From NCBI GenBank assembly GCA_017625755.1, contig JAGAKG010000041.1, forward strand, positions 65,709 to 129,708: DNA of 64,000 bases. Direction: 5' to 3'. Under the pieces are notes generated by a model. That model worked only from the letters and a program-made list of their open reading frames with translations, searched no databases and was not told the origin of the DNA. Made by a program: the position numbers and the translations under genes. Positions 9,328 through 17,120 of this stretch are shown piece after piece. The stretch's first letter is position 1. Each line of letters begins with the position of its first letter. Source of the stretch: Clostridia bacterium (lineage in GTDB: Bacteria > Bacillota > Clostridia > Oscillospirales > CAG-272).

Positions 9328-9603
9328 ATGAGAAGTATACTTGAAGAACTATGGTACGGCAATGTTTGCCCCAACACCGGATGCCGAGAAACAACGAAAG
9401 AGGCAAAGGAACTGATGGGGTATATTGCCGATCACCACGATAACCTACAAGCAACGCTCACGGACAAGCAAAAAGAGATACTTGAAAAGTTCGATGATTG
9501 CTATGCCGAGCTGACGGACATCAACGAGCGTGAGATATTTGTGTATGCGTTTCGGCTCGGAGCGAGGATTGCTATAGAGGTTATGAGTCTCGACATTGAA
9601 TAA
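9328..9603 (+). CDS. small conserved hypothetical protein (Cys-containing N-terminus, helical)
   Basis: AGGAGG RBS before the ATG at 9328. Followed directly by a strong hairpin terminator. Confidence 0.55.
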   Translation: MRSILEELWYGNVCPNTGCRETTKEAKELMGYIADHHDNLQATLTDKQKEILEKFDDCYAELTDINEREIFVYAFRLGARIAIEVMSLDIE

Positions 9604-11195
9604 GCAAAAAAGGGGTGCAGCGGATGCACCTCTTTTGCTCTCTTATGATAAAAAACAAGAACCATAACTCGATACATTGTATCAAAATTATGGTTCTTAT
9701 TTGGCGGAGTGAGTTGTGTCAAATCCGAACCAAATGCGGACTCTATCTCGTCGATTCCGAGTTCCGTCCGGTTGTCTCCGTCGTGGTTGTAGATTATAAT
9801 AACCTTGTCGTCGTAGAGGATAATCTTATTCACGAAGTAGGTTATAAGATATTGACGAGCGCCCTCGTCCTCGATATTGAAGGCGGCGAATTGCTCGAAC
9901 CAAAACTCTATACGCTCTCTTGTGAGGTAGGCGTTTGTATCGTATTCCGCCTTGACGATTTTCTCTTCGAGAACCTTCTTTTCTTCTTCGAGTTTGTGGA
10001 GTTCCTCTTGGGTGGAATCCGTGATAATCCCTCGTTTGATAGCGGTCAAAAGGTTCTTGATATAAGACTCAACCTGGGCGAGTTCCTTGTGAAGAAGCGT
10101 GAGTTCGGCGGTGTCTCGCTGCTCGTTTTGAATTTTAAGAAGTTGTTCTACAATGCCGTCAATAACCTCGGAGTTGAGGATATGTTTTATCGTGGCATTG
10201 ATAACGATGTCCTCCAAAGCCTTCTTTTGAATGGTCTTTTTCTCACAACCGTTTTTCTTCTTTCGTCCGAAACATTTATAGTAGTGATGAATCGTTCCGG
10301 TCTTGGAAGTTCCGGTCTCGCCGGTCATAAGAGACTTGCAATATCCACAATACAATTTGCCACTCAAAATATAGTTTTCCTTCGCCTTCAAACGAGCCGG
10401 ACTACGCTTGTTTGCGGCGATTTTTTCTTGCACGATGTCGAATACATACCTATCGACTATCGGAGGATAGTAGTTCTCTATAATGTGGTCTCCGTACTCC
10501 AAGCGTCCGATGTACTTCGGATTTTTGAGCATATTCATTATGGTATTAGGAACGAAGTGTCGACCGTTCTGGTTCGTGATTCCTTTTTCCTTCAAGACCT
10601 CGGCGATGTCGAAGGCGGACTTGCCTTTCGAGTACATCTCAAACATAGTACGAACTATCTCGGCTTGCTCCTCGTTTATTCCGATAACCTTGTTTTCTAC
10701 CTTATATCCATAGAGAAGGTTGCCTCCGAGGAATGTTCCTTTTTGGAGAGTCTCGTATTGTCCTCTTTTGACCTTCTTCGAGAGTTCCCTCGAATAATAC
10801 TTGGCGAGCGCAACGAGGATTCCTTCGGTAAGGATTCCTCCAAGATTCTCCGTTCCGTCCGCATTTACGCCGATAGTCTCGGTCGCCGAGAGGAGTTTTA
10901 CTCCGTTGAGGCGGAGGATTTTCTTATCCGCTCCGTAGTCTCCGTCGTCTCTCGCAAATCGGTCGACGGCGTACACGATAACATAATCGAATTGTCGCTG
11001 GGCGGAATCGGCGAGCATTTTTTGAAACGCCGGGCGTAAGTCGTTTTGCGCCGTTTTTGCTCGGTCGATGTATTCCTTTAAGATTATAAAGTCTTGCTCC
11101 TGGGCGAACTTGTGGCAGACTCGAAGTTGACCTTCGATAGATTGCTCGGTTTGCCCTCGGCTCGAATATCTTGCATATATAACGGCTTTTTTCAT
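9501..11195 (-). CDS. phage large serine integrase; ORF reads through attL into host DNA
   Basis: MKKAVIYARYSSRGQ catalytic-Ser motif, VYAVDRFARD, CGYCK...YYKC zinc-ribbon, coiled-coil. The last ~68 codons lie left of the attL core. Confidence 0.85.
   Translation of the reverse strand: MKKAVIYARYSSRGQTEQSIEGQLRVCHKFAQEQDFIILKEYIDRAKTAQNDLRPAFQKMLADSAQRQFDYVIVYAVDRFARDDGDYGADKKILRLNGVKLLSATETIGVNADGTENLGGILTEGILVALAKYYSRELSKKVKRGQYETLQKGTFLGGNLLYGYKVENKVIGINEEQAEIVRTMFEMYSKGKSAFDIAEVLKEKGITNQNGRHFVPNTIMNMLKNPKYIGRLEYGDHIIENYYPPIVDRYVFDIVQEKIAANKRSPARLKAKENYILSGKLYCGYCKSLMTGETGTSKTGTIHHYYKCFGRKKKNGCEKKTIQKKALEDIVINATIKHILNSEVIDGIVEQLLKIQNEQRDTAELTLLHKELAQVESYIKNLLTAIKRGIITDSTQEELHKLEEEKKVLEEKIVKAEYDTNAYLTRERIEFWFEQFAAFNIEDEGARQYLITYFVNKIILYDDKVIIIYNHDGDNRTELGIDEIESAFGSDLTQLTPPNKNHNFDTMYRVMVLVFYHKRAKEVHPLHPFFAYSMSRLITSIAILAPSRNAYTNISRSLMSVSSA
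9606..9636. terminator. bidirectional rho-independent terminator
   Basis: A-run, stem AGGGGTGCA / TGCACCTCT (9611-9619 / 9625-9633), T-run. Confidence 0.7.
9648..9698 (-). terminator. displaced terminator of tRNA-Ser (now separated from the tRNA by the prophage)
   Basis: Perfect 11-bp inverted repeat AAGAACCATAA / TTATGGTTCTT (9657-9667 / 9688-9698). On the minus strand it is followed by GTTTTTTAT. It starts 4 nt after the CCA-like end of the attL core. Confidence 0.65.
9700..9709. repeat. attL core TTTGGCGGAG (direct repeat of 49848-49857)
   Basis: The identical 10-mer occurs at both prophage ends. It equals the complement of the tRNA-Ser 3' end (CTCCGCCA+AA). Confidence 0.65.
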
Positions 11196-11674
11196 CACTT
11201 CTCCTTCGGCGCAATAACGAAGCCTTCGATAGAATGAACGATATTATTGGTAGAGGTCAACACGGAGGTCGAAATGTCGATAGAGGGAGAGTTCGCTTTG
11301 GTAGCGGCGTATGAGATATGAGATTCGCCTTCAAGGTTTAGAGTTGTGTCCGGGAGCGAGGAGACCGTATAGGTGTATTGCCACAACGCCGTGTTGAAGG
11401 GAGAGTATGTTATAGATACGCCCTCGAAGGTGCAATCAGCCTTCTTTGAGGTTTCTATATGAACTACGACCGAAATATCATATCTTTTTGAGAGGTCGGT
11501 TTGCTCCGAGACTACGAACGAGTAGTCGTCAACATAAACATTTATATTTATATAATCGGAATAGTTGTCTTTTGTGAGTTGGATTCTTTCGTATTCCGTC
11601 TCTTTGTCCGCTCCGCAAGCCGAAAGCGATAATATAGATACAATACATAATACAATGGATATTAACTTCTTCAT
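11195..11674 (-). CDS. prophage lipoprotein (candidate superinfection-exclusion/moron)
   Basis: Signal peptide plus lipobox LSLSAC. Sits between the repressor and integrase on the lysogeny strand. Confidence 0.6.
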   Translation of the reverse strand: MKKLISIVLCIVSILSLSACGADKETEYERIQLTKDNYSDYININVYVDDYSFVVSEQTDLSKRYDISVVVHIETSKKADCTFEGVSITYSPFNTALWQYTYTVSSLPDTTLNLEGESHISYAATKANSPSIDISTSVLTSTNNIVHSIEGFVIAPKEK

Positions 11675-11676
11675 TA

Positions 11677-12060
11677 TTATTCCTCCTCAATAAGTTCGTA
11701 AGCGAGCGTGAGAAGTTTAGCCTTTTGTTGAATCGACATCTTCTTGCAAAGAGCGAGTAACTCTGCCTCTATCTCCCCAGACGCAGCACAACCGACAACA
11801 TTGTTAGAATTGTGATTGCCTATAATCCCATTGTTGACTCCGTGGTTGGCGTTGATAGTCTCGTCCTCGAATATGAGATATGTAGGCTCTACACGAAGCA
11901 CCTTTGCGAGTGCGACTATCTTTGATTGTCTCATACTTGCAATTTGACCGCTCTCCCACTTCTTAACGGTAGACTTTGCTACACCTACGGCGGAAGCGAC
12001 CTCTTCGAGTGTGAGACCGAGTTCCAAGCGTCTTTCTCTTATTTTGTCCTTGATTGTCAT
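11677..12060 (-). CDS. XRE-family HTH repressor (CI-like)
   Basis: LGLTLEEVASAVGVAKSTVKKWESGQ HTH. Divergent from the early operon. Confidence 0.8.
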   Translation of the reverse strand: MTIKDKIRERRLELGLTLEEVASAVGVAKSTVKKWESGQIASMRQSKIVALAKVLRVEPTYLIFEDETINANHGVNNGIIGNHNSNNVVGCAASGEIEAELLALCKKMSIQQKAKLLTLAYELIEEE

Positions 12061-12126
12061 AGTTGAAAACCTTCCTTTAATATAGTTGCACCTATATTAT
12101 AGCACCAAAGTTGCGTAAAAGCAATA

Positions 12127-12142
12127 ATTTTTTGCAAAAAAT
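12127..12142. promoter_or_regulatory. 16-bp perfect palindrome ATTTTTTGCAAAAAAT in the divergent switch region (candidate operator)
   Basis: Read directly. Lies between the repressor start (12060) and the early promoter. Confidence 0.4.
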
Positions 12143-12164
12143 CAAAAAAAGTTTCCAAAAAGCC

Positions 12165-12193
12165 TTGACAAACGGTTTTGAATGGTGTATTAT
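12165..12193 (+). promoter_or_regulatory. early rightward promoter TTGACA - 17 nt - TATTAT
   Basis: -35 at 12165-12170, -10 at 12188-12193, upstream of the cro-like gene. Confidence 0.55.
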
Positions 12194-12204
12194 ATAATCA
12201 CGAA

Positions 12205-12220
12205 GTTTCCTAAACGAAAC
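12205..12220 (+). promoter_or_regulatory. GTTTCCTAAACGAAAC motif copy 1 (inverted repeat GTTTC/GAAAC) just upstream of RBS
   Basis: An exact 16-mer repeat occurs at 12440-12455, also just upstream of an RBS. Confidence 0.5.
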
Positions 12221-12238
12221 AAAAAAGGAGGTGTAAAT

Positions 12239-12448
12239 ATGTTCGATAAGAAGCAATTAGAAGCGGAATTGGTTCTCGCCGGTATCACTCGTTCTAACTT
12301 CGCAAAAGACCTCGGAATGAATACGAGTACCCTTTATAAGAAGATGAACGGCAAAACCGAATGGACTCTCTCGGAAATTCATCGAACCGGAGAGATTCTT
12401 GGCGAAGATAAGATTCCTCGTATTTTTTTTGCGAAGAAAGTTTCCTAA
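12239..12448 (+). CDS. Cro-like small HTH protein
   Basis: AGGAGG RBS. ITRSNFAKDLGMNTSTLYKKMNG HTH. First gene of the rightward operon. Confidence 0.7.
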   Translation: MFDKKQLEAELVLAGITRSNFAKDLGMNTSTLYKKMNGKTEWTLSEIHRTGEILGEDKIPRIFFAKKVS

Positions 12449-12455
12449 ACGAAAC
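12440..12455 (+). promoter_or_regulatory. GTTTCCTAAACGAAAC motif copy 2
   Basis: Identical to 12205-12220. Confidence 0.5.
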
Positions 12456-12467
12456 AAAGGAGCAACT

Positions 12468-12656
12468 ATGGAAGTATCAACTAACACTCTAAAACCGAAT
12501 CCTACACAACTCTACCTCATAGCAAGGGCGCTTGACGGAGACATCAAGAACTTCTTCAAAGACCCAGCAAACGAGGCGGCGTTCGAGGAGTGGAAATCTA
12601 AAAAGGAGGTAAAAGCAAATGCCGAAGTTAAGACAAGTCAGAATCGCCAAGGGTAG
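12468..12656 (+). CDS. hypothetical early protein
   Basis: AAGGAG RBS before the ATG at 12468. Confidence 0.45.
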   Translation: MEVSTNTLKPNPTQLYLIARALDGDIKNFFKDPANEAAFEEWKSKKEVKANAEVKTSQNRQG

Positions 12657-13059
12657 ACAACAAAAAGAACTCGCCCAGAAGATAGGAACGGACGAGCCTA
12701 TGATGAGTCGTTTTGAGAACTTCAAGTGCCTTCCGATACCGTCGATGTTAGCAAAACTCACGGAAGAGTTGGATTGCACGGTCGACGACATCTACGAACC
12801 GCACGAAATCTATCTTCAAGGCGTAACGACAAAAGTCTCCGCTCCGAAGGCGAAGAAGAACACCGAAGTATACCACTTGACGGTAAACCTTCCCCCGGAA
12901 GCGAGAGAGTTCTTCAAGACGGCGCTCAAAAAGTGCGGTTATAAAGATATAACCGATTGGGCGAATCGTTGCTTCGAGAGAACTCGTAGGCAATACGAGG
13001 AGATTCTCGCAAAAGAAAAAGACTCCGCTCGTGCCGGCAAGCAAGAGAGCGAAGTCTAA
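12619..13059 (+). CDS. HTH (XRE-like) DNA-binding protein
   Basis: AGGAGG RBS. RIAKGRQQKELAQKIGTDEPMMSRFEN HTH. Confidence 0.65.
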   Translation: MPKLRQVRIAKGRQQKELAQKIGTDEPMMSRFENFKCLPIPSMLAKLTEELDCTVDDIYEPHEIYLQGVTTKVSAPKAKKNTEVYHLTVNLPPEAREFFKTALKKCGYKDITDWANRCFERTRRQYEEILAKEKDSARAGKQESEV

Positions 13060-13135
13060 AAGTTCAAGGGTTAGGTATATACCCTTTTCAATAATATACC
13101 ACAAAAAATTATTATTGTCAAGGAGAATTATTGAA

Positions 13136-13390
13136 ATGAAAGATTATTATTTGGAGCAAGCCAACCGACTCGAAACGCAGATTGCTTTCGCAAAGGTCGG
13201 TTATGAGCAAGAAGTAAAGGCTATCGCAAAGGAACTCGCCGAGTGTCCTATTACGGAAGTCGAGAAGGTAACAAAGAGGCTCGTTAGAGCAAACGAGGCT
13301 ATCAAGGCTCTCGAAAACGACCACAAAAAAACCGTAGAATACTACCGCAACGAAGCGTTGAAACACGAAGGAGGAAACAACAATGGCTGA
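13136..13390 (+). CDS. hypothetical coiled-coil protein
   Basis: AGGAGA RBS. Helical heptad-like sequence. Confidence 0.45.
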   Translation: MKDYYLEQANRLETQIAFAKVGYEQEVKAIAKELAECPITEVEKVTKRLVRANEAIKALENDHKKTVEYYRNEALKHEGGNNNG

Positions 13391-14045
13391 TAAGTTAAAG
13401 AAGGTCTCGAAGGCTCATACAAGATATTACCTCGCCGACGGAACGCTCGTTCCTGGCGCTACTACCGTAACCGGACTTCTCAATAAGCCGGCGCTCGTAA
13501 AATGGGCGAACAACCTCGGACTTCAAGGAATCGACTCTACGACCTATGTCGACAAAGCGGCGAGAGTTGGAACTCTTATTCACACCCTCGTTGAGTGTCA
13601 TATTACCGGGAAGGAAGTTGACTACTCCGACTATACCCCTCTCGAAATTGAGTTAGCGCAGAACGGATTCTATAAATACCTCGATTGGGAGAAGCAGCAC
13701 AAGGTCGAGCCTATCTTCAACGAGGCAAAGTTTGTCTCGGAGAAGTACAAGTACGGCGGAACGCTTGACTTCTATTGCAAGGTTGACGGCAAATACACCT
13801 TGGTCGACTTCAAGAGCGGAAAAGGAATCTTTAACGAACACTTCCTTCAAACCTCTGGTTATGCGAATCTCCTTCGTGAGCAGAAGCACAAGGTCGAGCA
13901 AATTATGATTCTCAACATCGGAAGAAACGAGGACGAACCGTTCCAGACGGAGACGATTCTCCCCACCACCGAGAAAAAATACTTCAATATGTTCAAGGCT
14001 CTCTTAAAGGTCTACTACATCAAGAAAGAGTTAGGTTGGAGGTAA
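13383..14045 (+). CDS. PD-(D/E)XK-family exonuclease (recombination partner of ERF)
   Basis: GGTLDFYCKVDGKYTLVDFKSGK fits D...(D/E)xK. Positioned upstream of the annealase. Confidence 0.6.
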   Translation: MADKLKKVSKAHTRYYLADGTLVPGATTVTGLLNKPALVKWANNLGLQGIDSTTYVDKAARVGTLIHTLVECHITGKEVDYSDYTPLEIELAQNGFYKYLDWEKQHKVEPIFNEAKFVSEKYKYGGTLDFYCKVDGKYTLVDFKSGKGIFNEHFLQTSGYANLLREQKHKVEQIMILNIGRNEDEPFQTETILPTTEKKYFNMFKALLKVYYIKKELGWR

Positions 14046-14049
14046 CGGT

Positions 14050-14742
14050 ATGAATGTATATCAAAAGATTATCGAGGTCAAGAAGGTCGTTAAGAACTTC
14101 TTGAAGGACGCAGAGACCTCCGGGAAAGGCTCATACACCTACACTTCCGGTTCTCAAATCCTCTCTGCTATCAAAGAGAAAATGGAGGAAATCGGACTTC
14201 TTTTTCTCCCGGTCGAAACGGTACATCGTGGTTGGACGACCTTCAACTACAAGAACTCCTATGGAGATGATAAAACGGACTTCATCGTGGAGGGCGAACT
14301 CTTCTACGAATGGATTAACGCCGACGAGCCTACCGACCGCCAAAGAGTTTCTTTTGAATACTACGGTCAGCAGAACGACATCTCGAAGGCGTTCGGAAGC
14401 GCTCTCACTTACTCGGAGAGATACCTTCTCTTGAAGAGCCTCGGTGCGCCGACCGACGAGGACGACCCGGACAAACATACGGACGACAAGAAGCAGAGAC
14501 AAACCACAACTCCGCCCCCTACGCAGAGACCTCAAAATGCACCCCAGGAGCGCCGAGAGAAGAGCAAGTGGGCGCAAGTCAACGACCTCATCAAAAACTC
14601 GGAAATCACACTTGCAAGTGTCAATGAGTGGATTGCGAAGTCGTTCGGCAAGGCTATCAAGATTAACAACCTCACGGACGAGCAATTCAACAAACTTATG
14701 ACGGCTCTCCGAAAAAAAATCGAAGGAGAAATGAATGAGTAA
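14050..14742 (+). CDS. ERF-family single-strand annealing protein
   Basis: SYTYTSGSQILSAIKEKMEEIGL and GSALTYSERYLLLKSLG...DEDD blocks typical of ERF proteins. Confidence 0.75.
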   Translation: MNVYQKIIEVKKVVKNFLKDAETSGKGSYTYTSGSQILSAIKEKMEEIGLLFLPVETVHRGWTTFNYKNSYGDDKTDFIVEGELFYEWINADEPTDRQRVSFEYYGQQNDISKAFGSALTYSERYLLLKSLGAPTDEDDPDKHTDDKKQRQTTTPPPTQRPQNAPQERREKSKWAQVNDLIKNSEITLASVNEWIAKSFGKAIKINNLTDEQFNKLMTALRKKIEGEMNE

Positions 14743-15280
14743 GTTTATTGCGGAAAAGTGTTATCGAATGATAAACGAAAACAACGACCTCGTGGTGTGT
14801 TATGTCGTTCACGGAGATAACAAGCGCTCCGCCTTGCTCGCTCTCGAAGAAACGCAAAACACCGAGAAGAAGTTGGAGGTCGATGTGAAGCCTCACAAGT
14901 CGCAACGCAGCCTCGAACAGAATCGCCTCTTGTGGGCGCTTCTCGGAAAAATGGCGTTCGCTATGTCCGGGAACAAGCGGAAGGTTACAACCGAAGAGTG
15001 TTATTGCATAATGCTCGAAGAAGCGAATGTCGCCTACGACTACCTTCTCGCCCTCCCGGAAGCCGAGCCTATGCTCAAAAAGACCTTCCGAGTCGTTCGT
15101 AAGATTGACGAGAGGGAGGTCAACGGCAAGACGCTCAATATGTATCAATACTTCATCGGCTCGTCGAAGTTCAATACGCAAGAAATGACGGAACTCATTG
15201 AGGCGACGCTCGATAAACTCGCCGAACTTGGAATCGTGGATTCCGAAATTGAGATTGCAAGAAAGGAGTACGGACGATGA
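14735..15280 (+). CDS. NinB/Orf-family recombination mediator
   Basis: RSLEQNRLLWALLGKMA parallels lambda NinB RSLDQNRKLWACLGDVS. Confidence 0.7.
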   Translation: MSKFIAEKCYRMINENNDLVVCYVVHGDNKRSALLALEETQNTEKKLEVDVKPHKSQRSLEQNRLLWALLGKMAFAMSGNKRKVTTEECYCIMLEEANVAYDYLLALPEAEPMLKKTFRVVRKIDEREVNGKTLNMYQYFIGSSKFNTQEMTELIEATLDKLAELGIVDSEIEIARKEYGR

Positions 15281-15603
15281 AATCTAAAAGAACGAAAGCG
15301 ACGGATATACCTCAAAAGGTCAAACAAGCCGTGTGGGAACGAGACGGCGGTCGATGTGTTGTTTGTGGGTGTTGTCGGAATGTAATGCCGAACGCTCACT
15401 TCATACCTCGCTCCAAGGGCGGTCTCGGAATTGAGGAGAACATCGTTACCCTCTGCACGAACCTCACGGAAAATCAATGCCACTACAAGTTCGACTTCGG
15501 AACTCGCCAAGAGAAAGAAGAAATCGAGGCGAAAATCGAAGCCTATCTAAAATCAAAATATCCCGGCTGGGATAGAAAAAATTTAATTTATAGGAGATAT
15601 TAA
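15277..15603 (+). CDS. HNH endonuclease
   Basis: CVVCG...NAHFIPRSKGGLGIEENIVTLC...CH. Confidence 0.75.
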   Translation: MKSKRTKATDIPQKVKQAVWERDGGRCVVCGCCRNVMPNAHFIPRSKGGLGIEENIVTLCTNLTENQCHYKFDFGTRQEKEEIEAKIEAYLKSKYPGWDRKNLIYRRY

Positions 15604-15604
15604 A

Positions 15605-15982
15605 ATGAAAAAGCGTAACAACTGTAACGAAAAAGATTGCAAGGTTAGAAATATGGCGGAAGAGACTCTTGACGAGAGCCGCCGTGTAGAAGGAAACAAA
15701 AAAGGCTTCCGTCTTGTCATTACAAGCCTTGACACCGGAGAGACCCTTGTCGACGAAAAGACACGAGCGATTGTGGGCGCTATGGCGACCAACGCCGGGG
15801 AAAATTCGGTAAATTGTCGAGGTATTATCGTCTCGTCTTGCTCCACCAAGACCCTCATCGGCGCTATTGAGTCCGCCGAAAAAACTATCGCCCAGGCGAA
15901 GAAGAAAGTAGTTGAAGGTTTCGACGCAAAAGATATTATGGGCGCTTTGCTCGCCTCTCTCTTTGGAGGCGACGATGAATAA
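15605..15982 (+). CDS. hypothetical protein
   Basis: Operon packing only. Confidence 0.4.
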   Translation: MKKRNNCNEKDCKVRNMAEETLDESRRVEGNKKGFRLVITSLDTGETLVDEKTRAIVGAMATNAGENSVNCRGIIVSSCSTKTLIGAIESAEKTIAQAKKKVVEGFDAKDIMGALLASLFGGDDE

Positions 15983-16367
15983 AGTTATCCTTATAGGCAA
16001 CCTCACGAAAGACCCAGAGGTAAGCCAAACCAACGACGGAAAGATGTATGCTCGTATGACAATCGCCGTATCAAGAGACTACACGAACCAGGACGGTTCG
16101 AGAGACACCGACTTCTTCGATTTTACGGTATGGGAAAAGAGAGCCGAGATTTGCGATAAATATCTCAAAAAAGGCTCGAAGGTTGCTATCGTCGGAAGCA
16201 TACAGAACCACAACTACACCGACAACAACGGCGAGAAGCGCTACACGCAAGAGGTCAAGTGCAAAGAGATTGAGTTCCTCTCTTCCAAGAAATCCGATGA
16301 TACACCGGGAGAAAGAACGAGACCGGAACTTACTCCGATAAACGACGACGAACCTCTTCCGTTTTAA
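15975..16367 (+). CDS. ssb: single-stranded DNA-binding protein
   Basis: MNKVILIGNLTKDPE OB-fold start. Acidic tail ending DDEPLPF. Confidence 0.9.
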   Translation: MNKVILIGNLTKDPEVSQTNDGKMYARMTIAVSRDYTNQDGSRDTDFFDFTVWEKRAEICDKYLKKGSKVAIVGSIQNHNYTDNNGEKRYTQEVKCKEIEFLSSKKSDDTPGERTRPELTPINDDEPLPF

Positions 16368-16376
16368 GGAGGACTT

Positions 16377-17117
16377 ATGGCAGACAAAAAATACTATTGG
16401 CTCAAACTCAAAAAAGACTTCTTCAAGAGGCACGATATAAAGATTATTGAGTCAATGGAGAACGGAAAAGACTATGTTCTTTTTTATCTCAAACTCCTAT
16501 GCGAGAGCGTAGACCACGACGGAAGCCTTCGTTTTAGCGAGACAATCCCCTACGACGAGAAAATGCTTGCCACAATAACCGGCACGAATATCGACATCGT
16601 AAGAAGCGCTATGAAGGTGTTTACGAGCCTTCAAATGGTAGAGATTCTCGACGACCAAACAATCTTTATGAACGAAGTCGAAAAGATGATAGGCGGAGAG
16701 TCCGAAAGCGCCGAGAGGGTTCGTAGACATCGAGCGTTAAAGGCTCAACCGTTACAATGTAACGCCCTTGTAACGAGCGGTAACACAGAGATAGAAAGAG
16801 ATATAGAAGAAGAAATAGACTTACATACAGATAAAAAGCGAGAGAAAGAAGGAGTAAGCGCCGAAGGCGGCGCAACACCGACCGCTCCGAAGCGTTTTAA
16901 GAAGCCGACGCTTGAAGAGATTATCGCTTATTGTAAGGAACGCAACAACAATGTAGACCCTCAAAGATTCTACGACTTCTATGAGTCGAAGGGTTGGAGA
17001 GTTGGCAACCAACCTATGAAGGATTGGAAGGCTTGTGTGCGAACCTGGGAAGGAAGAGACAATCCTCCGAAGGGTTCAAAGGTTGCTACGGCTTCCAAGT
17101 ACGACCGGGAGGATTAA
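16377..17117 (+). CDS. phage replisome organizer / DnaD-like replication initiator
   Basis: N-terminus YYWLKLKKDFFKRHDIKIIE...GKDYVLFYLKL is the typical replisome-organizer N-domain. C-terminus is DnaD-like (FYDFYESKGW). Confidence 0.7.
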   Translation: MADKKYYWLKLKKDFFKRHDIKIIESMENGKDYVLFYLKLLCESVDHDGSLRFSETIPYDEKMLATITGTNIDIVRSAMKVFTSLQMVEILDDQTIFMNEVEKMIGGESESAERVRRHRALKAQPLQCNALVTSGNTEIERDIEEEIDLHTDKKREKEGVSAEGGATPTAPKRFKKPTLEEIIAYCKERNNNVDPQRFYDFYESKGWRVGNQPMKDWKACVRTWEGRDNPPKGSKVATASKYDRED

Positions 17118-17120
17118 CCT

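Noticed and set aside
9501-9603. An apparent genuine 103-bp convergent overlap between the integrase and the host gene 9328-9603.
   Set aside because: Better explained as read-through of the integrase frame across attL into host DNA, as described in the finding on the integrase ORF crossing attL (9501-9709). The overlap also crosses two terminator hairpins.
9700-9760. Possible tRNA gene or tRNA fragment at attL.
   Set aside because: Only the 8-10 nt matching the tRNA-Ser 3' end are present. The sequence beyond the core does not fold as a T arm and is integrase coding sequence.
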